Translations under genes and position numbers: made by a program
Shown here: positions 28,506 through 39,194 of the stretch, one piece after another
Numbering within the stretch: the stretch's first letter is position 1
Layout: each line of letters opens with the position of its first letter
Assembly: GCA_049322915.1 (NCBI GenBank)
Contig: JBMOPW010000035.1
Coordinates: 160,001-224,000 of the forward strand
DNA length: 64,000 nt
Reading direction: 5' to 3'
From: Candidatus Zhuqueibacterota bacterium
GTDB taxonomy: Bacteria > Zhuqueibacterota > Zhuqueibacteria > Thermofontimicrobiales > Thermofontimicrobiaceae
Notes under the pieces: generated by a model
What the model was told of the DNA's origin: nothing
The model's input: the letters and a program-made list of their open reading frames with translations, nothing else
Databases searched by the model: none

Positions 28506-31019
28506 ATGAAACGACTCTGTTCGTTATTGGCAATTCACCTGTTCATTTTTTCACTTTCTCAAATCGTGTCATTCGCCCAGGAAAACGTGGTGACCCTGGC
28601 CACCTGTTCGATCACCCAAACCGCTCCGACTTACAGCCAGCCACTGTTCAGCGTTGATGCGATTGAAGAAATGCTCGTCACCGGCCAATGGGTTGCGCCG
28701 ACGGAAGAAATGAATCATGGCGTTGATACAGATTCATCCCTGCACTGGATTCCGAAATCAATCGATGAACGCGGCTGGTTCAACGACGATGCCTTGCACG
28801 GCGGGTACGCCTTTTTTTCTGTGGACATGGATACGGATCAAATCGTTCTGCTGGAAGGAATGGGGCACGATATGGTTTACATCAACGGTGTGCCTCACGG
28901 CGGGAATCGTTACCAGAACAAAGAACAGTTCGAACTGTGGGAGCCCAATTTCAATTTTTCACTCATTCCCGTGCATCTGAACCAGGGCAAAAATGAACTT
29001 GTCTTCCAGTGCTCGCGCGGACGGCTGAAAGTGAAATTACACCACATCGGGGAAAGCATTCTTTTCAACAGTAAAGACAGGACATTGCCCGACCTCATGG
29101 CTGGCGAATCGATTGACACGTGGGGTGCGATTGTTGTGGTCAATGCCACCCACCATCCGCTGAAAAATTATCTCCTCGCCTGCTCATTAGAAAATGGCCT
29201 TTTCGGAGAGACGCCTGTGCCAATCATTCAGCCCATGAGCACTCGCAAGATCGGTTTCCGAATTCAGGGAAAGGCGTCGGCCGAACCCGGCGAAGAAAAA
29301 GTCGAACTGAAACTATTCAATCCCAACAATTCAGACAAAACCACATCGGCGCGCTGCACCCTTTCGTTGAATCGGGTATCGCCCTTGCAAACGCACAAAC
29401 GCACCTTCATCAGCAGCATCGACGGCAGTGTTCAGTATTTTGCAGTGAATCCGGCCCGGGCTGCCGGGAGTGAACCGGCCGCGCTGTTCCTTTCAGCGCA
29501 TGGCGCGTCCGTGGAAGCCATTAACCAGGCGAATGCGTACGAAGGAAAATCGTGGGGACATATTGTTGCACCGACGAATCGCCGTCCATTTGGGTTCAAC
29601 TGGGAAGACTGGGGTCGCCTGGACGCTATGGAAGTGCTGGGCATCGCCGCGGAGACGCTGCAAATTGATCCGGCGCGGATCTATTTAACCGGTCATTCCA
29701 TGGGCGGACACGGCGCATGGCATCTGGGCGTGACTTTCCCGGATCAATTCGCCGCCATCGGCCCCAGCGCCGGATGGATCAGCTTCTGGTCCTATCGCAT
29801 TCGCGAAAGTCTGACGCCAATTTCTCCCATGACCAAAATGCTCAATCGCGCCACGTCGCCCAGCAATACCTTTGCTTTGGCGGAAAATTTAAAACCCATT
29901 GGCGTGTACATCCTTCACGGCGCCGTGGACGACAATGTTCCGGCAGACCAGGCCCGGCAGATGAGCGACAGCCTGAGCACATTTCACAAGGATTTCATTT
30001 ATCACGAGGAGCCTGGCGTCAGCCACTGGTGGGACAACTCCGACGAGCCCGGCACAGATTGCGTGGATTGGGCACCGATGTTTGACTTTTTTGCCCATCA
30101 TGCGCGGCCGCAAAATGACATGGTTCGAGAGATTGAATTTATAACCGCCAATCCCGGCATTTCAGCCAAAAATTACTGGCTGACAATCGAAGCCCAACAG
30201 AGGCAGTTGGAATTCAGTTCCGCCCGAATTCAGCTCTACCCGGGCAAACGGCAATTCATCGGCACGACTTCGAACATCGCCCGAATGACGCTGGATGTGT
30301 CATTCCTCGAACCGAATCGATCAGTCGCCGTGAATCTGGACGGACAGGACATCGCGACGATCGCGTGGCCGGCGCAATCGAAAAAAATTGTGCTGGTGAA
30401 CCGGGCGAATGCCTGGAGCGTCAGCGCCGAATCGAGCCGTTCCGAAAAAGGACCGCATCGCTATGGCACATTCAAGGATGCGTTCAAAAATCGCTTCGTT
30501 TTTGTCTACTCCACCCAGGGCGCAGAAGCGGAGAATCAGTGGGCATTCAACAAAGCCCGATTTGACGCGGAACAGTTCTGGTATCAGGGCAATGGCTCCG
30601 TGGATATTTTATCTGATATGGAATTCGATCCGGCTCAGGACACAGATCGGAATGTCATTCTCTACGGCAACGCAACGACCAATGCAGCCTGGAACAAGGT
30701 GCTGGACAAATCAGAGGTCGAGATGAGCGCCGGCCGCATGAAACTCGGCGACCATGTTTTCAAAGGGGATGACGTGGCCTGTCTGATGATTCGTCCCCGA
30801 AAAGGGAGCGACATCGCCAGCGTGGGAATCGTCGGCGGCACAGGGATCAAAGGGATGAAGCTCACCAATGCGCGACGGTATTTGTTCCCGGGATATGCCT
30901 TCCCGGACTGCGTCATTTTTTCAACCGATATTTTCGAAAAGAGAATCGATGGCGTGCTGGCCGCCGGATTTTTTGGCCTGGACTGGAGCGTGAAGAATGG
31001 AGATTTTGTAGCCCGTTAG
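28506..31019 (+). CDS. Exported multidomain alpha/beta-hydrolase (S9/esterase-like)
   Basis: Signal peptide; GHSMGG nucleophile elbow, HGAVDDNVP, SHWW; AAGGA RBS before ATG 28506. Confidence 0.8.
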   Translation: MKRLCSLLAIHLFIFSLSQIVSFAQENVVTLATCSITQTAPTYSQPLFSVDAIEEMLVTGQWVAPTEEMNHGVDTDSSLHWIPKSIDERGWFNDDALHGGYAFFSVDMDTDQIVLLEGMGHDMVYINGVPHGGNRYQNKEQFELWEPNFNFSLIPVHLNQGKNELVFQCSRGRLKVKLHHIGESILFNSKDRTLPDLMAGESIDTWGAIVVVNATHHPLKNYLLACSLENGLFGETPVPIIQPMSTRKIGFRIQGKASAEPGEEKVELKLFNPNNSDKTTSARCTLSLNRVSPLQTHKRTFISSIDGSVQYFAVNPARAAGSEPAALFLSAHGASVEAINQANAYEGKSWGHIVAPTNRRPFGFNWEDWGRLDAMEVLGIAAETLQIDPARIYLTGHSMGGHGAWHLGVTFPDQFAAIGPSAGWISFWSYRIRESLTPISPMTKMLNRATSPSNTFALAENLKPIGVYILHGAVDDNVPADQARQMSDSLSTFHKDFIYHEEPGVSHWWDNSDEPGTDCVDWAPMFDFFAHHARPQNDMVREIEFITANPGISAKNYWLTIEAQQRQLEFSSARIQLYPGKRQFIGTTSNIARMTLDVSFLEPNRSVAVNLDGQDIATIAWPAQSKKIVLVNRANAWSVSAESSRSEKGPHRYGTFKDAFKNRFVFVYSTQGAEAENQWAFNKARFDAEQFWYQGNGSVDILSDMEFDPAQDTDRNVILYGNATTNAAWNKVLDKSEVEMSAGRMKLGDHVFKGDDVACLMIRPRKGSDIASVGIVGGTGIKGMKLTNARRYLFPGYAFPDCVIFSTDIFEKRIDGVLAAGFFGLDWSVKNGDFVAR

Positions 31020-31121
31020 CGAATCGGTCCGGCGTGCGCCCACTATCGGAGATAGAAGATGTGCAAATCAAGGTGAGCGACGCTGACAAGGCGTAGAACA
31101 TAAGATTTTCGGAGAATTCCA

Positions 31122-31532
31122 ATGAACGCAGAAGATACTCGATGGATACAGCGATACAAGCATTTTGAAAAGGCATTGAGCCAATTAAAGAAATTCATCG
31201 AGAAAGGCGAGTTGAATGACCTCGAAAAACAGGGATTAATCCAGGCGTTTGAATATACTTATGAATTAGCCTGGAATACGATGAAAGATTATTTCGAAGA
31301 TCAGGGTGAGACCGGCATTTACGGCAGTCGTGATGCCTTTCGCCTGGCATTCAGACGAGGGTTGATTGGAGATGGGAAAACATGGATGAATATGATTCAG
31401 AGCAGAACTCTAACGACCCATACGTACAACGAAGATATTGCCGAAGAAGTATGCGCCGATATTGTAAAGAAATATTACCCCGAATTCGTTGCGATCAGAG
31501 ACAAATTGTATAAAATTATAGACAAGGACTAA
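31122..31532 (+). CDS. HEPN-type nucleotidyltransferase substrate-binding protein (HI0074/HepT-like toxin)
   Basis: RWIQRY, GLIQAFEYTYELAWNTMKDY, RDAFRLAF, RTLTTHTY (Rx4HxY). Confidence 0.9.
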   Translation: MNAEDTRWIQRYKHFEKALSQLKKFIEKGELNDLEKQGLIQAFEYTYELAWNTMKDYFEDQGETGIYGSRDAFRLAFRRGLIGDGKTWMNMIQSRTLTTHTYNEDIAEEVCADIVKKYYPEFVAIRDKLYKIIDKD

Positions 31533-31534
31533 GC

Positions 31535-31864
31535 ATGTCCCGTTTTGGGCTTGAGGAAAGCGATATCCGGGCCATCTGTGGCGTGTTAGCCAACTACCCG
31601 CAGGTAGAACAAGCCGTGCTCTATGGCTCACGTGCCAAAGGTAACTATAAAAATGGCTCTGATATTGATTTGACACTGCGCGGTGGGGCTGACCTAACGC
31701 TGACCGTGCTGTACCAGATCATGAACGAAATAGACGATCTGCTCCTGCCGTACATGATCGATCTGTCACTCTTCAGCCAGCTCCACGATTCAGATGTGCT
31801 TGACCACATTCAGCGCGCAGGAGTGGCGTTTTATGAAAAAGCAGCCATGAAAAATCATGTCTGA
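31535..31864 (+). CDS. Minimal nucleotidyltransferase (HI0073/MntA-like antitoxin)
   Basis: LYGSRAKGNYKNGSDIDL (GSx10DxD), LLLPYMIDL. Confidence 0.9.
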   Translation: MSRFGLEESDIRAICGVLANYPQVEQAVLYGSRAKGNYKNGSDIDLTLRGGADLTLTVLYQIMNEIDDLLLPYMIDLSLFSQLHDSDVLDHIQRAGVAFYEKAAMKNHV

Positions 31865-32101
31865 CCAATTTCTGCATCAATGACTCGACGGCGCGACCGG
31901 CAAGGGTTTAGTGGGGCATAATCATCGTCTGATATTGAAACGAAAATCAATGCAGTGTTGCACGAGTTCTCTTGCATGTTATGGACAATGTAATCATACG
32001 CTTGAAATACATTCATTTTCTGAAACACAATTTTTACTGCGGAGTCCCTCATGTTCGAATTTCAGCCTTTCATTCAAAGTCATTCTGAGGAGTCTTGGTA
32101 T

Positions 32102-34069
32102 ATGCTCAAATTCGTTTCCCTTCTATCCGTTTTCTGCGCGTTCCTCGTGCTCACAATCACGACCGAGGGAACGGCCAGAAGTTTCGATGTGTTTTCTCCT
32201 GATAAAAAAATACAGCTCCGAATTCAGGTGGGCGATATCATTACCTATTCGCTGTTTCACGCCAACGAGGAATTGATCCGCAACTCCCCCATTTCCATGA
32301 CAATCGGCCAGGGCAACGTGTTGGGCTTACAGCCGCGTGTGGAGGATGTTCAACGGCGCACTTTGAATGAGACGCTCAAGCCGGTCGTCCCGGTGAAGAG
32401 CAAATCCATCGTGAATCATTACAATGAATTGGTGATTCATTTCCAGGGTGGCTTCGCGCTCCACTTCAGGGCTTACAACGATGGCGTAGCCTATCGCTTT
32501 CAGACCGACTTCGACCATGAGATTCAGGTGATGGCCGAGCAGGTTGTCTTCAACTTCAATGCGGACCATTCTCTGTACTTTCCGGAGGAGGAAAGCTTCT
32601 TTTCGCATTCGGAACGGCTGTACATTTACCAGCCCATCAGTCAGGTCACGCCCCAAAAAATGTCCTGCCTGCCGGCGCTGGTGGATTTGAGCTCCGGCCG
32701 AAAAATGGCGATCACCGAATCCGACCTCTACGATTATCCAGGCATGTACCTCACCGGCATGGAGAATTCCCCCACCTCGCTCTGCGGCAAATTTCCCTAT
32801 TTTCCGGTCGAGGTGGACCAGAAAAACGACCGCGATCTCCCGGTCACCAAGCGCGCCGACTACCTTGCGCGCACAGCCGGCGCACGCCTGTTTCCGTGGC
32901 GCGTCCTTATCCTGGCTGAAAAAGATGGCGACCTGCTGACCAATCAGACTGTCTACACATTGGCGCGGCCCCTTCAGTTGGATGACACGTCCTGGATTAA
33001 ACCGGGCAAAGTTGCCTGGGATTGGTGGAACTGGACGAATCTGTACGGCGTCGACTTCGAAGCTGGCATCAACACCGAGACCTACAAGTACTACATCGAT
33101 TTTGCCTCGCGCTACAGCATTGAATACATTATCCTGGATGAAGGATGGTATCAATTGGGAAATCTCCTGGCCGTTGTCCCGGAAGTCAATATCGAAGAAA
33201 TTGTCAGGCACGGCAACGAAAAGAATGTCGGCGTGATTCTCTGGGTGATCTGGAAGACATTGGACGACCAACTCACCGAAGCGCTGGATCAATTCCAGGC
33301 GTGGGGAATTAAAGGCATCAAAGTCGATTTCATGCAGCGCGACGACCAGTGGATGGTCAATTATTACGAGCGGATCGCTCGCGAGGCTGCAAAGCGGCAT
33401 TTGCTGGTTGATTTTCACGGGAGTTACAAGCCAACCGGGCTGGATCGCGCCTATCCCAACGTGGTCACGCGCGAGGGCGTCAAGGGTCTGGAGAATTACA
33501 AATGGAGCGACCAGCCTTCCCTGGATCACAATGTCACGCTGCCGTTCATTCGCATGCTGGCCGGGCCCATGGATTATACGCCGGGCGCCATGCTGAACGC
33601 GACCCGGGATCATTTCAAGCCAGTGTTCCAGCGGCCCATGAGTCTGGGCACGCGCTGCCATCAACTGGCCATGTACGTTGTGTTCGAAAGTCCGCTGCAA
33701 ATGCTGGCGGACAGTCCGTCCAACTATCTCCGCGAGACGGAATGCATGGAATTCCTTTCGCGCGTTCCCACAACCTGGGATAAAACGCTGGCGCTGGAGA
33801 CCAGCGTGGGCCAGTTTATCCTGCTGGCGCGACAGCACGGAGAAGACTGGTATATCGGCGCCATGACCAATTGGACGCCGCGGGATTTAACTGTGAATCT
33901 CTCGTTTCTGGGCGATGGAGATTTCACTGCGGAAATGTATCAGGACGGCGTCAATGCGGTACGCGCGCCAATCGATTATAAACGGATGACAAAACAGGTG
34001 AGCGCGAAAGATCAACTCACTATTCATCTTGCGCCCGGCGGAGGCTGGGTTGCCCGGCTTCACCGCTGA
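32102..34069 (+). CDS. GH97 glycoside hydrolase (retaining-type signature)
   Basis: RAYNDGVAYRF, SWIKPGKVAWDWW, LDEGWY, GIKVDFM, DFHG, REGVKGLE, LPFIRMLAGPMDYTPG; GAGGAG RBS. Confidence 0.93.
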   Translation: MLKFVSLLSVFCAFLVLTITTEGTARSFDVFSPDKKIQLRIQVGDIITYSLFHANEELIRNSPISMTIGQGNVLGLQPRVEDVQRRTLNETLKPVVPVKSKSIVNHYNELVIHFQGGFALHFRAYNDGVAYRFQTDFDHEIQVMAEQVVFNFNADHSLYFPEEESFFSHSERLYIYQPISQVTPQKMSCLPALVDLSSGRKMAITESDLYDYPGMYLTGMENSPTSLCGKFPYFPVEVDQKNDRDLPVTKRADYLARTAGARLFPWRVLILAEKDGDLLTNQTVYTLARPLQLDDTSWIKPGKVAWDWWNWTNLYGVDFEAGINTETYKYYIDFASRYSIEYIILDEGWYQLGNLLAVVPEVNIEEIVRHGNEKNVGVILWVIWKTLDDQLTEALDQFQAWGIKGIKVDFMQRDDQWMVNYYERIAREAAKRHLLVDFHGSYKPTGLDRAYPNVVTREGVKGLENYKWSDQPSLDHNVTLPFIRMLAGPMDYTPGAMLNATRDHFKPVFQRPMSLGTRCHQLAMYVVFESPLQMLADSPSNYLRETECMEFLSRVPTTWDKTLALETSVGQFILLARQHGEDWYIGAMTNWTPRDLTVNLSFLGDGDFTAEMYQDGVNAVRAPIDYKRMTKQVSAKDQLTIHLAPGGGWVARLHR

Positions 34070-34218
34070 GCATGGCCAACCCTGCTTCAGCATTGAACAG
34101 GATTCGAAAAAAGCGCAGTGATTTTGTTTTTGAAAATGACAATTTCTGGTTGCCGGTCTTCAAGTTACCAGTGCTTGAAAATGCACGGCACATTCATCTT
34201 TGACAGGAAAGGGAAACG

Positions 34219-36627
34219 ATGGAAAAGGTATTGTTCATTTTAGCAATTGCAATTTTTGTGCTGACCTGCACTTCCAGTCACGATAAATTTTTGCAGATAA
34301 AGCAGGTGCCTTTCACGGATGTGAAATTTGAGGATACGTTCTGGAAACCGCGGCTGGAAACCAATCGCACAGTCACCGTTCCTTATGATTTTAAAAAGTG
34401 CGAGGAGACCGGGCGAATCGATAATTTTGCCAAAGCCGGCGGGTTGATGGAGGGGAAATTCGAAGGTATCCGCTACAACGACTCCGACGTCTTTAAAGTC
34501 GTTGAGGGCGCTTCCTACTCGCTGCTGCTGCATCCGGATACTGAACTGGAAAAATATCTGGATGACCTCATCTTCAAAATTGCAGCCGCCCAGGAAGATG
34601 ATGGCTATTTGTATACCAACCGCACGATTGATCCCAAAAATCCGGCGCGCGCAGCCGGTGAAACGCGATGGTCGTATCTCAACCACAGTCATGAACTTTA
34701 TAATGTGGGACACATGTACGAAGCTGCTGTGGCCCATTTCCAGGCTACCAGCAAACGCACGCTGCTGGATGTTGCCATTAAAAATGCGGATCTCATCGAC
34801 AGCGTGTTCGGCCCGGGCAAACGCCACGATCCGCCGGGCCATCAGGAAATTGAAATCGGCCTAGTGAAACTGTACAAAGTGACAGGGGAAAAAAGGTATC
34901 TCAATCTCGCCAAGTTTTTCCTCGACCAGCGCGGCCGCTACATCAATCGAGAGCCGTACACTTCCGGCGCAGGCGCGGAATACACGCAGGATCACACGCC
35001 GGTGGTTGAACAGGACGAGGCGGTGGGACACGCGGTGCGGGCAGGCTACATGTATTCGGGCATGGCCGATGTTGCCGCGCTGACAGGCGACACCAACTAC
35101 ATCGCTGCCATCGATAAAATTTGGGCGAATGTCGTTTCGAAAAAGCTGTACATCACCGGGGGCATCGGCGCCAGACATGATGGCGAAGCGTTCGGCGATA
35201 ATTATGAACTGCCCAATCGCACGGCTTACAACGAAACATGCGCGGCCATCGCCAACATAATGTGGAACCTTCGGCTATTTCTGCTCCACGGGGATGCGAA
35301 ATATATTGACGTCATGGAACGCACGCTCTACAACGGATTTTTGTCCGGCGTGGGCATGAGCGGTAACGAGTTTTTCTATCCCAATCCACTCGAATCGATT
35401 GGGAATCACAAACGCAGCCCCTGGTTCGACTGCGCCTGCTGCCCGGTCAATGTCGTTCGCTTTCTGCCATCGCTGCCGGGGTATGTTTACGGCCAGATGG
35501 ATGATATCATTTACATCAACCTGTACATACCCGGCCAGGCGTCGATCCAGTTGCTGGGTAATTCGATTCAACTGAAGCAGGAATCCAATTATCCGTGGGA
35601 CGGGAATATCAAAATCACTGTGGAGCCGGCGACTGCGGCGGATTTTTCGCTTTACGTGCGCATCCCCGGCTGGGCGCTGAGTCGGCCGGTGCCGAGTGAT
35701 TTGTATCGTTATGCGGACAATGCGAACGGGGAGATCGCGTTGAGCGTCAATGGCGCGCCAGTGAAACTGGCTATTCACAAAGGCTACGCCCGAATTCACC
35801 GGACGTGGAACAAGAACGATCGGGTCGAGCTGACTCTGGCCATGCCCATCCGCAAAGTCCTCAGCCATACCGCTGTCAAGGATGATAGTGGCAAGCTCTC
35901 GCTCGAACGCGGCCCCATCGTCTTCTGCGCCGAGTGGCCGGATAATGGCGGTCACGCACTCAATTTGCTCATGCCGGAAAATACCGAATTGCGCGCCGAG
36001 CACAAACCGGATCTGCTCAACGGCGTCACTGTGCTCACCGGACAGGTATTCGGTTTGTACGGCGAAAAGGACAACGTGCAGAAAAAGCAGCAGGAATTCC
36101 TGGCCATTCCCTATTATGCCTGGGCGCACCGCGGACAGGGCGAAATGGCGGTTTGGTTGCCGTACCTGGAATCCGTTGCAAAGCCGCTGATTCCCCAGAC
36201 GCCAGGCGTCAAAGCCAAGGCAAGCACGTCGCACACGTGGATGACAGACAGCGAAAAAGCGCTGAATGACGGAATCGACCCGGAGCGCTCCAACGACGTC
36301 TCCATCCCGCGATTCACGTGGTGGGATCATAAAGGAACACTGGAATGGGTGCAGTACGATTTCGAAAAAGTTGAAAAAATTTCCGAGACCGCTGTCTATT
36401 GGTTCGACGATAGCGGCTCCGGCGGTTGCCGCACGCCCCAATCCTGGCGGCTGCTCTTCCAATCTGGCCGGGAATGGAAAGAAGTGACCAATGCCAGCGG
36501 TTTCGGCGTGGCGAAAGACCGGTACAATCGGGCGACATTTGACCCCATCGAGACAAAGGCCGTGCGACTCGAAGTCAGGCTTCAACCGGAGTTCTCCGCC
36601 GGCGTTCTGGAATGGCGCGTGAAATGA
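34219..36627 (+). CDS. GH127 beta-L-arabinofuranosidase-like protein with C-terminal galactose-binding-like domain
   Basis: DSDVFKVVEG, HELYNVGH, GHQEIE, GHAVRA, YNETCAAI, CACCPVN, RGPIVFC, IPYYAWAHRG. Confidence 0.93.
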   Translation: MEKVLFILAIAIFVLTCTSSHDKFLQIKQVPFTDVKFEDTFWKPRLETNRTVTVPYDFKKCEETGRIDNFAKAGGLMEGKFEGIRYNDSDVFKVVEGASYSLLLHPDTELEKYLDDLIFKIAAAQEDDGYLYTNRTIDPKNPARAAGETRWSYLNHSHELYNVGHMYEAAVAHFQATSKRTLLDVAIKNADLIDSVFGPGKRHDPPGHQEIEIGLVKLYKVTGEKRYLNLAKFFLDQRGRYINREPYTSGAGAEYTQDHTPVVEQDEAVGHAVRAGYMYSGMADVAALTGDTNYIAAIDKIWANVVSKKLYITGGIGARHDGEAFGDNYELPNRTAYNETCAAIANIMWNLRLFLLHGDAKYIDVMERTLYNGFLSGVGMSGNEFFYPNPLESIGNHKRSPWFDCACCPVNVVRFLPSLPGYVYGQMDDIIYINLYIPGQASIQLLGNSIQLKQESNYPWDGNIKITVEPATAADFSLYVRIPGWALSRPVPSDLYRYADNANGEIALSVNGAPVKLAIHKGYARIHRTWNKNDRVELTLAMPIRKVLSHTAVKDDSGKLSLERGPIVFCAEWPDNGGHALNLLMPENTELRAEHKPDLLNGVTVLTGQVFGLYGEKDNVQKKQQEFLAIPYYAWAHRGQGEMAVWLPYLESVAKPLIPQTPGVKAKASTSHTWMTDSEKALNDGIDPERSNDVSIPRFTWWDHKGTLEWVQYDFEKVEKISETAVYWFDDSGSGGCRTPQSWRLLFQSGREWKEVTNASGFGVAKDRYNRATFDPIETKAVRLEVRLQPEFSAGVLEWRVK

Positions 36628-36681
36628 TGCTCGCGTTTCTTTCAAAAAAAATCGTAACTACTCAGCTATGCTTGCTTTAAA

Positions 36682-36780
36682 AGCCGCTGAAGCGGTTGTT
36701 GCTGATTCGTTCGTGTTAGAGACACCACAATAAATTGCGGTGCTGGAACAATTGAGTCATCACCATGCTTCAGCATGGTG
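36682..36780. repeat. Cluster of three short REP-like palindromes
   Basis: AGCCGCTGAAGCGGTT (36682-97), CACCACAATAAATTGCGGTG (36723-42), CACCATGCTTCAGCATGGTG (36761-80). Confidence 0.65.
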
Positions 36781-36819
36781 TACGTTTTCCGATGTAAGGC
36801 AATGCATTTAAGGGCCGGT

Positions 36820-39123
36820 ATGAAAACTCAATTTGGCGTCATTCTCATTTTCTCATTCATGATCAATCCATCATGGGCAGGTGAACACATGAATTCACAT
36901 TCGAGCACTGGATATAATGTCATTCCCAAACCGGCTGAGCTAAAGCCGGGAGAGGGCGTCTTCAGACTCGATCCGAAGACGCGGATCATTGTGAATAGCA
37001 GCAGCGAGCCGATTACAGCCATCGCCTCGTTTCTCAAAGATAAAATCAAAGCTGGTGCCGGATTCGACCCGAATCTGGAAATAGCAGCAGTTACGCCACA
37101 AGATGACAATTTCATCTACATGACACTCGAAAAGAAATCCACCTTTGGCCAGGAGGGGTACGAACTGAATGTCACGCCGCGTTCTGTCATCCTCACTGCC
37201 GGCGATCCGGCCGGCATATTTTCCGGCGTGCAAACGCTTCGGCAACTGCTGCCGCCGGAAATCGAGCGAGCGGACAGCGTCGCTTCGACCATCGACTGGA
37301 TCATCCCGTGCGTTCATATTTCGGATGCGCCTCGTTTCACCTGGCGCGGCATGTTGCTGGATTGCGGCCGGCATTTTATGACCAAAGATTTTGTCAAGCG
37401 CACCATTGATTTGTTGGCCTATTACAAGATGAACCGCTTCCATTGGCATTTGACCGAAGATCAGGGTTGGCGCATTGAAATTAAAAAATATCCCAGGCTC
37501 ACTGAAATCGGCGCCTGGCGCGATGGTGAGGATGGAACTCGCTACGGCGGTTTCTATACGCAGGACGAGATTCGCGACGTTGTGGAATATGCCCGCAGCC
37601 GTTTTGTGACAGTCATCCCGGAAATTGAAATGCCGGGACATTCTGTGGCGGCTCTGGCTTCCTACCCGGAATTGTCCTGCACCGGCGGCCCGTTCGAGGT
37701 GGAAACCCAGTGGGGCGTGCACAAGGATGTCTATTGCGCCGGCAACGAAGCGGTGTTCGCCTTTTTAGAGGATGTCCTCTCCGAAGTGGTGGAGCTGTTC
37801 CCGGCGTCGTATATCCATATCGGCGGGGACGAGTGCCCGAAGGATCGCTGGGAGAATTGCCCCAAATGCCAGGCTCGCATCAAAACGGAGGGGCTGAAGG
37901 ATGAGCACGAATTGCAGAGCTATTTCATCCAACGCATCGAGAAATTTTTGCTGACCAAAGAGCGGCGCATCATCGGTTGGGATGAAATTCTGGAAGGCGG
38001 ACTTGCCCCGGGAGCGACAGTGCAATCGTGGCGAGGTGTGGAAGGCGCCATTGCCGCTGCCAAATCAGGCCACGACGCCATCGTTTCTCCGACGAGCCAT
38101 GCTTATTTCGATTATCCAATCACCACCACCGACCTGCGCCGCGTCTATTCCTTCGAGCCGATCCCGCCCGAATTGACGGAGGAGAAAAGTCGCCGCCATA
38201 TCCTGGGTGGTGAGTGCAATGTCTGGACAGAGCGCGCTCCACAGCCGCTGGTGGATCAGAAAGTGTTTCCGCGATTGCTGGCCATGTCTGAGACGCTCTG
38301 GTCGCCAGCAGGAGGAAAGGAATTTCGGGAATTTCATGGCCGCGTTCGTCGCCATTACAACCAACTAAATTTCATGGGCGTCGATTACGGCGCGGAATCT
38401 CACCCCATCACCGTCATTCCCACGCTGGACCGGGCAGCGCGCCAGTTCACGGTTGCGTTCGAGCCCGGTGAACAGCAACTCATCATCCACTACTCCACCG
38501 ATGGGAGCGTCCCGACCCTTTCCTCGCCGCAGTACACAGCGCCGCTGAAACTGAACGCGACCTGTCTTCTGAAGGCTGCCGCGTTCCGGGATGGCGCGCC
38601 CTACGGCGAAGCCGTTGAAAAAGCGCTCCTTTTTCATGGGGCGCTCGGCAGGACAGTCGTTCTCACCAGTCCCTACAGCTACAAATACACCGCCGGCGGC
38701 GCGCATGCGCTGACAGACGGCGTCACTGGCTCTGTGGATTTCCGCGACGGATTCTGGCAGGGATTCGAGCAGGACGACTTCGAGGCTGTTGTCGATTTGG
38801 GCAAGGTGAGCACTGTGACGGACATAAAAACCAGATTCCTGCAAAACTCAGGCTCATGGATTTTTCTTCCGACATCGGTTGAATTTTCCATCTCATCGGA
38901 CGGGAATCATTTCCATCCTGTGAAGACGTTCGCGCATTCCATTTCACAGAAAAAGCAGGATGGGCTCATTCAGGACTTTGAAATTGCAGGCATGAACCTG
39001 ACAGGTCGCTACGTGAAAATCTACGCCAGGAACGTTGGCGCGTGCCCGGCCTGGCATCCCGGCGCTGACGGCAAAGCCTGGATTTTCGTCGATGAAATTA
39101 TCATCAATCAGGAACAATCGTGA
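36820..39123 (+). CDS. GH20 beta-N-acetylhexosaminidase with Fn3-associated and F5/8-like domains
   Basis: DAPRFTWRG, HWHLTEDQGWR, PEIEMPGH, HIGGDEC, WDEIL, YFDY, WTE, YSTDGSVP. Confidence 0.93.
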   Translation: MKTQFGVILIFSFMINPSWAGEHMNSHSSTGYNVIPKPAELKPGEGVFRLDPKTRIIVNSSSEPITAIASFLKDKIKAGAGFDPNLEIAAVTPQDDNFIYMTLEKKSTFGQEGYELNVTPRSVILTAGDPAGIFSGVQTLRQLLPPEIERADSVASTIDWIIPCVHISDAPRFTWRGMLLDCGRHFMTKDFVKRTIDLLAYYKMNRFHWHLTEDQGWRIEIKKYPRLTEIGAWRDGEDGTRYGGFYTQDEIRDVVEYARSRFVTVIPEIEMPGHSVAALASYPELSCTGGPFEVETQWGVHKDVYCAGNEAVFAFLEDVLSEVVELFPASYIHIGGDECPKDRWENCPKCQARIKTEGLKDEHELQSYFIQRIEKFLLTKERRIIGWDEILEGGLAPGATVQSWRGVEGAIAAAKSGHDAIVSPTSHAYFDYPITTTDLRRVYSFEPIPPELTEEKSRRHILGGECNVWTERAPQPLVDQKVFPRLLAMSETLWSPAGGKEFREFHGRVRRHYNQLNFMGVDYGAESHPITVIPTLDRAARQFTVAFEPGEQQLIIHYSTDGSVPTLSSPQYTAPLKLNATCLLKAAAFRDGAPYGEAVEKALLFHGALGRTVVLTSPYSYKYTAGGAHALTDGVTGSVDFRDGFWQGFEQDDFEAVVDLGKVSTVTDIKTRFLQNSGSWIFLPTSVEFSISSDGNHFHPVKTFAHSISQKKQDGLIQDFEIAGMNLTGRYVKIYARNVGACPAWHPGADGKAWIFVDEIIINQEQS

Positions 39124-39194
39124 CGCCAGGACTGGCATAAATAGCCGCTGTTGCTGGCTGGGGAAATGAATGAACTTTGCGCATTGGAGGAGCA

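Noticed and set aside
32327..33838. 503-aa minus-strand ORF
   Set aside because: Lies wholly antisense to the well-supported GH97 gene; no recognisable motifs; codon-bias shadow.
35275..36645. 456-aa minus-strand ORF
   Set aside because: Antisense shadow of GH127.
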